Below, one piece after another: positions 38,421-50,910 of a stretch of DNA of 64,000 nt. Where the stretch lies: the NCBI GenBank assembly GCA_964016885.1, contig OZ024742.1, positions 294,190,001 to 294,254,000 of the forward strand. Reading direction: 5' to 3'. The first letter of the stretch is position 1; each line of letters starts with the position of its first letter. Origin of the DNA: Eledone cirrhosa (lineage: Eukaryota). Both the position numbers and the translations under genes were made by a program. The notes under the pieces were generated by a model that was not told the origin of the DNA, searched no databases, and worked only from the letters and a program-made list of their open reading frames with translations.

Positions 38421-40789
38421 ATATGATTTACAAAAGAAACAGATCAATAAAAATGAGCCAGAAAAAAAAAGAAGAAAAAAATACACACACGCCCTCAATT
38501 ACACACTGTAATAGGGAATGTGAGTTACCTTTTTAGTAGTTATGTGGTTGGTTGAAGTGGTCGATATGTTGTAATGTGTTGTGAGTGTTGATTGGTGAGG
38601 TTGAAAAATGATCAGGACCAACAGTGAAATATAACACAATTAGGGTACATAAAATATTTTGTATAACAGAGTTTCGTTGAAAGGTTGTTAAATGTTCACA
38701 GAATAAATAGTATTTCGTTGTAATAAGTTGGAATTTGTGAGTGAACATATAAATGTAAAGATATTGGTTGATATAGGATATTGCCTTGTGCATGGCAGAG
38801 ATACTGAGCTGAGAATTCTGGCTCAGATGCAGCAGTGACTTAATGACTAGTGATTAATACAAACAGGAGTCAGCAGCCAACTGTGTCAAAGACCGGCAAA
38901 ATGAGAAGAAGAAATGCAAGAGCACGCAATTGGATTTAAGGTGGGCTTAAATACCTATATGTTTCATGATAGCTATTTCAGATTATGACATTATAGCTAT
39001 TTTAGCATGCAATTCAATATCGTCAGATTTACCCATCATAAATTTGCTACAGAAAATTAAAATACACAGCAAACCCCCCAATTTTACATATCAAAGTTAG
39101 CTTGGCGCAAGTAATTGGAATTGATAAGTTATACATACAGATATTAACTAAAAAAATTCTAACCACTCTAAAACTAAAAAGCCCACCTGAGAGCACATAT
39201 AAAATGCTACGGCGTTGCTGCTGGCCCCTTCTCATGCAGGGGGCCAGGGGCAATTACTCCCTTTGTCCCCCATTAAATCCGACCGCATAGAGATTTCGTC
39301 TTGCGGTTAACAACAAAAATGAACTGTGACATAACAGTGTCAACAATACAAAAATAAACAATATCAACACAAAGAAACTAGGGTATGTATCACTTTACAT
39401 ATATAAAATAGCAAATAGTAAAATAAAAGTAAATTATGTAAAAGAAAAAAAGAACCAGTTTCATAAATAGATTTTAGCAGAAAAATCTTTGAAATAAAAT
39501 GTTTGTTCCGAGAAGGATCCTTAATGAAGATTAGGTTATAAGGCTGCGTGTTTAGAGTTTCATGGTGAGGAAAGGATCAAATAGGAAAGCACAGTGAGGA
39601 AATAATAGCGGTTTATTTTTCTCCGTAAATTGTTACAAGCACCAAAAGATTAAAAAAGCTGCTGGCATGCCGCATGAGTAAGTTGAACCAAAATGAAGTG
39701 TAGGTGAATGTGTAGAAAGAATGAAATTGCCAAGAGGACCAAAGTTTCTTGGTAAGTTCTACATCTTGCCAGTTGCTCCAGGGAATGAATTTAGTAACGT
39801 CCTGTGTGTACGAAAATGAAGCTGCAACTCCATTATAAGTCAAAAGAGGCGCGAATTTCCGAGCTGGGCGGAAGTCACTGCTTGGTATTCCTACGCCGCC
39901 AACTTACAGGTCTGGCGACTGACCAAGCTCAATCCAATTGTTCCGCCGCGGTAAGGTAGTGCCATTGCTTACTACAAGATCATTCACTTTAAGGGATTTT
40001 AAAGTCTAAGCCCTTGATTCCGGTGAGGGTCTTTAAGGATTGCCCCATGTCGAATGAATAAGTCGTTTCGCCCTTCATATTGAGTTAAAACTAGCCAGAG
40101 TTAATATTCTCTCAATCCCGGAGCCCAGTCAGATTGTCCAGGGTCGATGGGAAGAGGTTCAATATTCTTATCGCCTTTGGGTTAGCGGAATATGCCTCAT
40201 ATGGGGAACCGCTGTTTGTTACTCTTTCGCTCCACCAGACGTACTAAATACGATGTGGAGGATGCGAGGTTGTTGTATCCATAACTGAACGAAGTAAATT
40301 ACTGAAATACTATGATTTATAGGTAAATTACATTTTTAAACCTGTGGCATTTTAAATGTTCGCTAGGTGGCTAACAATAATGTTTTTGTCGTTGTTCAAC
40401 TTACTGAAGTATCAGGTGATGATTGTGAAGGTGCTTGGCTATACCAGCACCTTAGCCTCGCTATTACACATGGAAAATATCACCTCTCTATCATCTGCAG
40501 TAATGTCGCGTCTTGGCTTGTCTCATTTTATTTTTTTTTATAGATAGAAATACCAACATTGTTGTATATAGTTGAGCCTGTATGTTTTCTGTATTTCTTC
40601 TCTCTTCTTTCTGACTAATTTTTATTGATATATTCCTTACGCCAACTATATGCATTATAGAATTTAAATGGAATAAAATTGTTTTAATGGGAAAAGCCAG
40701 AAAAAGAAAAAAAATCTTCCGTATTTTGAAGAATTTTGTTCTTACATTTTGCACCTGGGTTAGAGGTAGATATCTCATTTTGAACGTCC

Positions 40790-41080
40790 TAGGTAATAAC
40801 TCTTATTCCCCATTCCCACATTCTGGATACTACGGCAAAGATGAGGATCACTGCATCCGTCGTCGAATGGAATAGGATTCTAAAATACCAGGAATCTCTC
40901 GGCGAACTATTTTTTTCAGCCAGTGGTATTCAAGACGTTTGGGGTAGCTGGGCTGCGCTTAACGAAGTTCTTGGTTTGCTTCACCGAAGTATCAGATAAT
41001 GCCCGCAAGTGTGCTTGGTTATTCCAGCACTTTAGCTTCGCTATCACCCGTATCGATGCTACGAGTGAATTTGCTTGCCT
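40790..41080 (+). mobile_element. 3' fragment of a CRE-like element
   Basis: Shares ttcccacat..gaatagGATTCTAAAATACC..TTTTTTCAGCCAGTGG and TTAGC(C/T)TCGCTATCACCCGT with 30060-30310. Another piece lies at ~40340-40520. Confidence 0.65.
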
Positions 41081-41394
41081 TTAAAAAATTATTAGAGGGA
41101 AGTTCCAGCACCCCTTGTTGTGAGGTGGCAGTCTTCTTTCTCTTTCTCTCTACCCACCGCTTTCTTTTTATAAATTGTTTATTTGTAAATAAAATTACAC
41201 TCTTTCCTTTGGTGGTAACTTACTTAATTTAATTTCGCATGTTTCTATATATCTTGAAAGAAGAAAATTGGCGATTCTTTATTTTAAGATCAAAGACAAC
41301 TTCCGGTCATTTCCGTAAGTGAAAAGGACAATTATAACCAGTGTTTACTAATTGTGTTTCCATAACTTTATATTTACTGTTACTTTATCATTTT

Positions 41395-41458
<64 letters not shown>

Positions 41459-41552
41459 GTTAGGCTCTGTTCTATACATAGAGCAGTCTTTTTTCCTTTG
41501 CTTTTCCTTTGGAATTACGTAACGCACACACACACACACATACACACACACA

Positions 41553-41594
<42 letters not shown>

Positions 41595-41595
<1 letters not shown>

Positions 41596-42539
41596 CTATA
41601 TATATAAAACTGTGGTTGTCTGTCTATCGATTTTTGGCACACATCTCCTCTTAGAATCTCTCACGGAATTGCACCGAAATTGCTATACTTGTACATTGAG
41701 CCCTAGCGAAGACATCGGAAAAAAAATATTTCAAATTGACCCACCCTATGTGACGAAATCGAATATAATGTATCGATTTTTGAGCGTAAGTGATCAGTTA
41801 TTTCCCTTTGTTCTGTTTACATTGAGCGTCTTACGTAAAAAATTACGCTGGCTTTCTCAGCGTTTAAAATGACATTAACACAATACACGAACAGTTGTCG
41901 AGCCAGCAAAATATTGACCTGCCAAATTCATCAGTTCGAACACTAAGCTTCCGTTTTGCTTCATTTCCATTTAAAAGCATTTTAAAACAATATTTTTACT
42001 TGAAAACAAGTCTATTTAAAGACTACGTAAAACAAGCAAATATATCGTAAAAAAAAGCAAAAATTATATAAGTTTATTTAAAATATATGTATCTGTAAAT
42101 TTCGTTAGGCGTGCAGACAGACAGTCGTGCAGAGAGGTGATATAGGCGTGCAGACAGACAGTCGTGCAGAGAGGTGATATAGGCGTGCAGACAGATAGTC
42201 GTGCAGAGAGGTGATATAGGCGTGCAGACAGACATAACTGATAATTTGGTTACGCTAATGTTTTTCTCTGCGTTGCAGTGTTTACATTTTCGATCTTTGT
42301 TAATAAATAACCAGTGCAGTTTTTATCCCCAGCATCCTCTTTTGTTATAACATTCGGGTTATGGTTATGTTTTCTTCACTTCATAAGGCATATTGTTGGT
42401 TGAGGGAATATTAATCAAAAACACCACATGCAAGTCTGCACAGTAGACACTACAGTTTTTAAGCCAAAAAAGAAACTTAACATTGTAACTTTAACACAGC
42501 TACTGAGCGACCCCGAGCAACGCCGGGCTTTACTGCTAG
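41595..42539 (+). mobile_element. Non-autonomous Helitron with an internal 37-bp tandem repeat
   Basis: A|TC start and a 3' CCCG-agcaacgc-CGGG hairpin followed by CTAG|T. About 3.5 copies of TAGGCGTGCAGACAGACAGTCGTGCAGAGAGGTGATA lie at 42106-42233. Confidence 0.8.
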
Positions 42540-42560
42540 TATATAATATATTACACACAC

Positions 42561-42643
<83 letters not shown>

Positions 42644-42846
42644 ACGGATATGTAGTATTCTTTGTATGGCAGTTTGATGAAAAGAATAATGTCATGATTG
42701 AGTTGTTAACAATGTTTATTTTATAATAACAATATTCGATTTGCACATTGAGTAATATTATTTATTAGCTGGGGTCGATAAAATAAAGTACCAGTAATGC
42801 ACTGGATAATTGCTGGCCTTGTGCCAAAAGTAGAAAGAATTATTTA

Positions 42847-44062
42847 TTAGCTGGCTCGTCCGGCTGGCGTCCGGTTAGGTATACCGGCATTTTATCTTTT
42901 CAGGAATCTCCCCTTTCACCCCAGTGCAAAGATACAGCACGCCCTCTCAAGTCTGCGAGGTTGGGTGGGGGTTGGTGGGGGTTAACGTGCTCTGATGTTG
43001 GGTTTGAATAGGTTTTAGGATTCCCCAGTTCAGCAGACAGTACGTTAAAGAAAATTGATAGTTACAATGAAGGTTGAACAGAGAACACATTTTTTAACAA
43101 ACAATAATTTGTACAACCATAATGGAAATTCCAAGTAACAGAAAATACATAAATCACATCGTTAGAGCCTCAGAGTATACAATATTTTTTGTTCGGATCT
43201 CCGGAGCAAAGATGAAGAGATTGTTTGGCGAGCTCACCCTAGAGCATCCTACATACAATTGACCATGGGAGAAGCATGGTTTACCCAGATGAAGGCCAGC
43301 CACTTTTCGGGTTTGACCCTGACCTTTGTTGATGGTAATCGCGAAGCTTAGTCTTATTGGAAACTGAAGTCGCTTAACATGTCTTGTAACTGGCGAATGA
43401 TTTCAAGTCTGGTTCCTGGGATGGCCCGATGGCGACGTATCACTTGTGAATCTGCATCTCCAATGAAGTAGATTTTCAAAAACTTGTGATCTTCGTCGGT
43501 CAGAGGTAGGAGACTTCCAATCATGTGGTACACTTGGCCCTGTACTTTAAATGTGGGCATGTATCCGTGCTTTCGTGAAATAAATAGATTTTTGTTTTTG
43601 TGTATGCAAAAATATCTGTACACGAATATATATATTAAAATAACGGATTAAAGCTTAAGCAAAGAATCGCTGCTTTCACCCTTAACGGGATCTTCTGAAA
43701 CTAAAAAAATCAATCTGTGAACGCAGAAGTAAATATTTCGAAAAACGTTATCTAATGCAGACAGCCAGACATACAAAGACATATTATAAGGGCGCGACGC
43801 CATAGCTATGTATCTATCTAAAAAGACAGACTAAGGAAAAGTGAGGAATGTCGTATAACCGGAAGTGTTGACATTTGAAATTTTAAAGAAGTGAATATTT
43901 AAATAATGTCTTTAATCTTTTAACAAAATTCAGTAGACAAAAATACCCTCACTTTTTTACTTGGGAAAGGTTACATCTATGGTGCAAATTTGGTGCTGTT
44001 TGGTCCCGCCGTTTGGCGAAAAGTTTGTTACATACATACGGCCGTTAGCTTTATATTATAGA
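42847..44062 (-). mobile_element. Internally deleted Helitron with RepHel fragments
   Basis: The RepHel N-terminal segment FKVQGQVYHMIGSLLP..FLKIYF is fused to the PIF1-helicase C-terminus FAITINKGQGQT..CFSHGQLYVGCSRV..TKNIVYSEAL. It has an A|TC 5' end and a CCGG-hairpin + CTAA|T 3' end. A SINE fragment with a 16-bp TSD (42757-42772 and 42839-42854) sits at the terminus. Confidence 0.85.
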
Positions 44063-45037
44063 TGACATGAATATATCCGTACATTAAATTGGTAGCTCTG
44101 CGAGCTACGTGAATGCTTGTATCAGAGAAGACGATGATGTTACAGTTGTGTTGTGTCTTGCAGATACAATATTACAGGAAAGATAGGATGAGAGTATAAA
44201 TGTGTACAATAGGAAATTACTATGTGTGTGTGCCTTTTCTTAGTATACGTTATTGTCTTAGTAGTAGTGGTCAATCTGTCAGGCAGGCATGGCTGGCTGA
44301 CTGGCTGTTTCAGTGGCTGAGGAGGTAAGCCAGTAAGGGCCAGGAGAAAGATAGAGTGAAAGGTCTATTGATGCTACATCGTTATCTTGTTGACTGCCGA
44401 TTCGTGTCTGACCCTTGGGTTCCCCAACTCCTTGTATTTATAATAAGTGCTAAAGTTAGAAGGATGGATATATGAGGTTGATTTATGGTCAGCTCTGTGG
44501 TTATCGTCTCGCAAGAGGTTGAGGTCACAGGTCAAATGGAATGTACATTTATCATCGTTGTCTTGACAGGACAATGGTGAGAACTTCCAACGATAGATTG
44601 TCCCAGACGATTAATATGCATAAGGAAAGTATATACTTTCAAACGTTCAATCGACTGACAGGAAGGTATACGGTTGATGACAGCTAATAAGCTAGAAACT
44701 AGTTCATCGTTCCTTTGTCAGTGTTGAACAAAAGGGCAACGATGGTTGCCGAACACTGTACGGCTAATAATTCGGGCTGTTTGTTTACAAACACCTGTTT
44801 GCTGAAAATCATGAATGTTTGATTTTTGTAGAATTCTAGTAATAATCAGGAACTGATTATACAGAGAGGTTGCCGGTCAAGCAGAAATTGAAAATTAGAA
44901 TTGGTGCTCTGAAATAGCGATATATATATGAATATATATATAGTGTATTTTGCAATACATTGTATGCTTAATTAAAAGCATTTCGAAGACCTTACGCTAT
45001 TGTTTTAGAGTAGTGACAGTCTCACTTACTTTAAATG

Positions 45038-45126
45038 TTCAGCAAACAGGGGAGATAAAGCTGATAGAGCTCTGTTTCGCACTTTTTGGTGCTTATCAAA
45101 GCTAACTACTCCACCTGTTTGCTGAA
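45038..45126 (-). ncRNA. Type I hammerhead ribozyme, U3-A8 variant (AUC site, one stem III mismatch)
   Basis: Same motif as 45363-45457, but reads GAAACAGAGCUCUAUC. Confidence 0.7.
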
Positions 45127-45362
45127 AATCATAAATGTTTTATTCTTATAGAATTCTAGTAATAATCAGGAACTGATTATACAGAGCGGTTACCGGTCAA
45201 GCAGAAATTGAAAATTAGAATTGGTGCTCTGAAATAGCGATATATATATGAATGTATATATAGTGTATTTTGCAATACTTAATTAAAAGCAATGCTTAAT
45301 TAAAAGCATTTCGAAGACCTTACACTATTGTTTTAGAGTAGTGACAGTCTCACTTACTTTAA

Positions 45363-45457
45363 ATTTTCAGCAAACAGGGGAGATAAAGCTGACAGAGCTC
45401 TGTTTCGCACTTTTTGGTGCTTATCAAAGCTAACTTCTCCACCTGTTTGCTGAAAAT
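45363..45457 (-). ncRNA. Type I hammerhead ribozyme, U3-A8 core variant, fully paired copy (GUC site)
   Basis: The minus strand reads AGCU-UUGAUAA-GCAC-caaaaa-GUGC-GAAA-CAG-agcu-CUG-UC-AGCU. Stem I extends across an internal loop into UUUUCAGCAAACAGG / CCUGUUUGCUGAAAA. Confidence 0.8.
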
Positions 45458-45706
45458 CATCAATGTTTGATTCTTATAGAATTCTAGTAATAATCAGGAA
45501 CTGATTATACAGAGCAGTTGCCGGTCAAGCAGAAATTGAAAATTAGAATTGGTGCTCTGAAATAGCGATATATATATGAATGTATATATAGTGTATTTTG
45601 CAGTACACTGTATGCTTAATTAAAAGCATTTCTGCTTGACCGGCAACCGCTCTGTATAATCAGTTCCTGATTATTACTAGAATTCTATAAGAATCAAACA
45701 TTCATG

Positions 45707-45801
45707 ATTTTCAGCAAACAGGTGGAGTAGTTAGCTTTGATAAGCACCAAAAAGTGCGAAACAGAGCTCTATCAGCTTTATCTCCCCTGTTTGCTGAAAA
45801 T
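45707..45801 (+). ncRNA. Type I hammerhead ribozyme, U3-A8 variant, in the inverted unit (AUC site)
   Basis: agct TTGATAA gcac caaaaa gtgc GAAA cagagctcta TC agct at 45733-45777, with the long stem I extension. Confidence 0.7.
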
Positions 45802-45902
45802 TTAAAGTAAGTGAGACTGTCACTACTCTAAAACAATAGCGTAAGGTCTTCGAAATGCTTTTAATTAAGCATACAGTGTATTGCAAAATACACTATATAT
45901 AC

Positions 45903-45975
<73 letters not shown>

Positions 45976-45978
<3 letters not shown>

Positions 45979-46718
45979 CGGATAAAATTACCGAGATCCA
46001 TGGACGAGTTCTCTCCAGCGGTCTCTGTCCCTTATTGTCGCAGCCATGTCCTGCGTCTCCAACAGACCAGTGTCTGTCCTTAGAGCATCAACATATGTTA
46101 ACCTCGGTCTTCCTCTACCAGCGTGTCCATGCAGGGGCTCACACAGGAGCACTGAATGCAGTGTCAACTCTGGATGTCAGTGAGCCTATCCAGCTGACTT
46201 CAGTCTCCTCTGTGTCACTTTTGAGCTGAATTTTGGGAGGCTCCCGTACAGCTCTGAGTTCTTCATCTTCAGTGTATACTGATTAATGTTCAGAGTCATC
46301 CTCATTCTCGTGTAGCTCCCATTCAGCATCTGAGTGAGTTTCTTGGTCAGTGTCCAAGTCTCAGACCCGTACAGTAGCACAGACTCCACTACAGCAACGA
46401 AGAGGCGGATCTTCAGGTCTTTACGAAGGTCCGACTTCCACACCGATCTCAAGCTGTCGCACGCCGCCCAGGCTTTGCACTTCCTCTCGACCACATCATC
46501 TTCCGTATTCCCAATCTTTGCTCCCAAATACAGGAAGTCGTCAACCAATTCTAGCGGCTTCCCACCTACATTAATAATCTTCTCTGGCTTCTTAATATTC
46601 TCTACCAGATATTTCGTTTTAATCTCATTCATTCTCAGCTCCACACTCATCGACACAGTCTCAACCTCCTGCATCAAATCCACTGCCTCCTTCACTGTGT
46701 TTGTCACCAAAACTATGT
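45976..46718 (-). mobile_element. 3' segment of an RTE-group LINE (post-catalytic RT and C-terminus)
   Basis: ORF 46186-46725 reads IVLVTNT...MNEIKTKY...DDFLYLG...VESVLLYGSETWTL. Confidence 0.9.
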
Positions 46719-49222
46719 ATGACATTAAACTACATCCAGTGGTAAGGCTCCAGTTCGGGATTCAGGAGCTGTGGGGAATGTAGAGTTACTCCCAGGCCTG
46801 CTCTGGCCCGGAGCAGTCGTACCTATTAGGGCCCCATTTATGGGTGAAATAATTACCTTATTCGAGTGGTGCCGGTAAGGTATTATCAGCCATTGAAAAG
46901 AACACGGAGAGTGTATTTAACAGCACTAGGGTTAGAGCCCCTAACTACACTGTCAAGGAGCAGTCTGGTCGTTATGGCTCTGTTGGCTTAGAGCCACAGG
47001 GAGGACCAGTGGATGATGGATCAGCTGTCTCTGAGACAAATATAAAGAATGCAGTTTTGTCCTGCAGAAGAGCCATCAAAATGGGCACTCTGAATGTGAG
47101 GACTATTCGGACGCTGGAGAAGACGGAGGAGTTGGGACATCTGTTCGAGGAGAGTGGTATGCAGATACTTGCGATCCAAGAACACAGGATCCTACACGAT
47201 GGACCCGTGAGGAGTGTGATGATTGGGAAGAGGAGCCAGCTCATCACCACATCGGCAGTGAAGAACATGACCAATGCTGCCATAGGAAGAGTGGGTTTTG
47301 TTTTCAGTGCAAAAACCAATCTATTGGTGAGGGAAATAATACCTGTCTCCCCGCGAGTGTTGGGGGTGACCTTCAATGGAAACCCAAGACTGACAGCCAT
47401 CTCATCCTATAGTCCAACAGAGGGAGACAGTGATGTGAGCGCAGAAGAGTTCCATGAGGAGGTGTGTAGAGCTGTCAACACCACACAAGCTCACAACATC
47501 CTGCTTGTTCTGGGGGACTTCAATGCACATCTGAGTAACGAGAGCAGTGAAGATCCTTGCTGGTACTTCCATAACAACACCAACTGAAATGGAATACTAC
47601 TGAGAGACACCCTGCTGGAAGCCAACTTGATGGCAACCAGCCTAAAGTTTAGGAAGAATCCGGGGAAGATGTGGACATACATCTCAGATATGCACTTGTC
47701 CAAGTCCCAGATTGATTTCATTCTGGTGAGGAAAGTGGCGGAATAGTGTTCTGAACACAGAACCATAAAAGTATTTCAGTACACTGGGCAGTGACCACCT
47801 GCTTGTTATGAGTGAGGTCTGTGTGAGCTTAAGAAAGAGCAAGGCTCAGCCCCGGAGAGCAATCTATGACTGGGGAGCTTTCAAGGAAGATGATAAGCTA
47901 CAGGAAAGGTTCACAGTAGAAGTGAGAAACAGGTTCAGTGCGCTGTGTGGAGAGACAGAGGAGAGAGAGATTGGAGGGACTGAGGATGAGTGTGACGAGG
48001 CGGTACGGGTACTTCACCAATGCAGTGGCGGAAGCAAGTGAGACCTTGGAGCCGAGGAGAAAGAACAAAAGGAAGCACGTCAGCTCTGCAGACCCAAAAG
48101 TGAGTGCAGCCAGAGAACATCTGAAAGCTGCCAAGGACCAATTCTATGCTGATCCTACGGAGGAGAAGAAGGAGAATGTGGAGGTGATGAAGGAAGAACT
48201 CTGTACCGTTTACACCGAGGCCAGAGAGGAGGCACTGATAAAGAAGATCAGAAGTGTAGAGAGAGCGGTTGGCAGATCTGGATGTAAGGAGAGCTGGATG
48301 ATAATCAACGAGATCGCAGGGAGGAAGAGAAGGTGTTCGAGTCAGATCCAGGGAGCAGGGCCCGAGGATAGGAAGGGGAAATGGCTGGACCATTTTAGGA
48401 CCCTACTAGGAGTGCCACTCTGCACAGCCCAGAACACTGGGGAGATCAGGCGGCTGTTTGAAGAACTGGATATTGAGACAGAGCCCTTCACCAGAGAGGA
48501 GCTTCAGAGAGCCAAGAAGACGATCAAGGATGGCAAGGCTCATGGAGAAGATGGAGTGGCATCAGAGGTGATGAAGAGGTGTGATTTTGATGATATCATC
48601 CTGGAGTTCTGTAACGGGGCACTGGAGAGAGGAGTTGCCCCGAATCAGTGGAGGATCAGTAACATCGTCCCAGTGCCAAAGAAGGGGGATCTCTCTAACA
48701 CCAACATCTACCGGGGGGGGGGGTCTCACTGACGTCACTTGTGGCAAAGATCCTCAATAGGATGATTCTTAACAGGATCCAGCCCGAGATGGAGAAGAAG
48801 CTCAGGGGCAACCAGAACGGCTTCAGAGAGGGAAGATCAACCACCAGTCACATCCTGATGTTGAGGAGGATATTAGAGGGAGCTAGAGCAAAGTGCCTTC
48901 CTGCGGTCATGGTTTTCATTGACTTTAAGAAGGGCTTTGATTCTGTAGACCGTCACTTCCTGATGATGATCTTACAGGCTTATGGAATCCCCAAGAAGAT
49001 AGTGGACTTGATATCACTGCTCTACACCAAAGCCCAACTCATTACCCCTGATGGGATGACAGAGTTCTTTGATATACTGGCTGGAGTGCTTCAGGGAGAT
49101 ACATTGGCTCCCTACCTTTTTATCATCGCAGTGGACAATTGTATGCGACTTGCGCTGGAGAAACACCAGGACTCTGGCTTTACTGTTACACCGGTTCAGA
49201 GCAGGAGAGTTAAGGCGAAATA
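46717..49222 (+). mobile_element. Inverted 5' segment of the same RTE-group LINE (5' UTR, APE endonuclease, N-terminal RT)
   Basis: APE motifs TLNVRT, AIQEHR, YSPT, LGDFNAH, QIDFIL and SDH. RT motifs QNGFR, FIDFKK.FDSV and GVLQGDTLAPYLF. There are stops and frameshifts, and it ends just before the expected (Y/F)ADD. Confidence 0.9.
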
Positions 49223-49249
49223 TATATATACATATATATATATATCAAA

Positions 49250-50159
49250 CTAGCTGAGGGTTGAGGTACCCGGGAGAACATTTAAGAGAAGACGTATAAA
49301 AGAGAAAACGACTGTATTGGATGTGTTGTCTGGTTTACAGTATGAGGTGAGACCGTAATGTGTGTGTGAAAGAGAGAGACACAAAAAAAAAATAATAATC
49401 ATAAAACTTCCTTATTAGACTGGGGGAGTAAACTGCCGATTAAATGGTAGCATTAGCCTTGGATTTTAAATGTGAAATAATCATAGTCAGTATGATCTTT
49501 TTCAGCTCCAAAGAACGTCATCCGAAACGTTGCAATATACCGCATTACATTGCGTCTTAAGTGTTTAGCTTCGTTAGTACGGCCTGTTAGCAGTATTGTT
49601 TCATATTGTGCCAAATGTCACAATGTTGACTTGTCCCTTTATTCCCAAGTCTTTTATAATATTGTTTGTGAGTTTCTCTTTCGCTTGAAGATTTCAACCG
49701 TTTGGCGGACATTGTAACTCCCCGATTGATGAGCGGTGTTTTGGTGACATAATGAAATTAATTTTCTTGGAAAATATCGTGAGAGACAAAAAACAACAAC
49801 AATAATACAATGCAATATTTAAAAAATAGAAATATATGCAAATAGCAGCCTTACAGAATACGTTGACATTCTGTCATCTGAATTAGGTCAATAATAACAT
49901 GGCATTATCCTCAAAAAGCTAAATTAATATACACCGTAGATCAATTTTTTCTGTGTTCTGTAAAATCAAGGATTGCTGTGAAACGACTTTATAAAAGCTA
50001 ACGTAATATTGTTAAACCTTCAACTGATACACGAAAACCACACATACACATACACTCTCTCTCTCTGCCCCCCCCCCCCCCCCTTCTGTGTGTGTGGTTT
50101 TCGTGTGATTAAACCAGCCAACCAACCAATAAACATTTCTCTTTTATATTATATATAGA
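49250..50159 (-). mobile_element. Non-autonomous Helitron-like element
   Basis: The minus strand starts A|TCTATATATAATATAAAAG and ends ...CAGCTAG|T. The subterminal hairpin is weak. Confidence 0.5.
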
Positions 50160-50674
50160 TGAAAAACGGTGTTAAAAACTTGCGTTAATCCTCTGTAATT
50201 TAATGAGCTCAAGGAATAGGTACTGGGCTCTTCATAATACAGTATATAGAGGAGAAAACACAAAAGGGTATGTTTTCAATTACAAGGTGTAGAGAACCAC
50301 TAGAATGAACAACATAAAGTCTACGAAAGGAGTGGAAAATACATATTAATTAAAAGATTAAATCAAAATGTACAGACCAATATTTTATAACTATAAGACA
50401 CCTGGATAAAGATGTTTCGCCATAAAAAGTGTCGAATCCATACCATTTAGCCTTCTCAACACGTGTTTCGTATACTTTATGTGTTTCACTCTAGTGGTCT
50501 CTACCCCTCGTTTTTCAAAACATACTTTTTTGTGCCCCCCCCCCACGCCTCCCCCCTCTCTCTCTCTCTCTCTATATATATATGTATGTAAAAGATAAAC
50601 AGAAATAACAACACAATCGGTACAGTATATGGAAGGAATATATTAGGTTAACGCTTGATATAGCAGGAAGAGGG

Positions 50675-50710
50675 TCTTAACGTTTCGGACGCTAGTCCTT
50701 CATCAGAAGA
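50675..50710 (-). ncRNA. Minimal type I hammerhead ribozyme (Penelope-type)
   Basis: UCUU-CUGAUGA-A-GGAC-uagc-GUCC-GAAACGUU-AAGA, with palindromic AACGUU in place of stem III. Confidence 0.7.
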
Positions 50711-50768
50711 AAGAATGAGAAATAAAATAGATTAAGGGGACGGGTGGGATGTAATTGGAAAAAATGTC

Positions 50769-50860
50769 TTTCGTCTGTGTAAATAAGGTGATTAATCTCA
50801 TTTGGATATGAAGCTTCATATGCAAATGAGATTAATCACCTCATTTACATAGACGAGAAA
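50769..50860. repeat. Near-perfect ~90-bp palindrome centred on AAGCTT
   Basis: TTCGTCTGTGTAAATAAGGTGATTAATCTCATTTGGATATGAAG | CTTCATATGCAAATGAGATTAATCACCTCATTTACATAGACGAG. Confidence 0.9.
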
Positions 50861-50910
50861 ACTATATATTCTCGACTGTTTTCAAGTCCAGCATTAGCAG
50901 CGGTGGGAGG

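Larger units (their letters stand above)
44792..45915. repeat. Tandem array of ~320-bp hammerhead-containing units (about 2.6 direct copies plus one inverted partial copy): retrozyme or Penelope pseudo-LTR-like
   Basis: Units start at 44792, 45112 and 45440. The inversion junction is at ~45629-45632 and the inverted copy runs into (TA)n. Confidence 0.85.

Noticed and set aside
38151-38536. His-rich, Pro-rich and Val-rich ORFs
   Set aside because: These are translations of a CAC/CAT microsatellite.
44340-44790. Penelope RT remnant adjacent to the hammerhead array
   Set aside because: Only vague motif resemblance (TDKG; YKELGNP). It needs BLASTx or HMMER before it can be called.
44885-44930. 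Opposite-polarity hammerhead in the 320-bp unit (TTGAAAA..TCT-GAAA-TA-GCGA-TA-TA)
   Set aside because: No stem I complementarity and poor stem II register, so it is probably chance. An ambisense, viroid-like claim is not supported.
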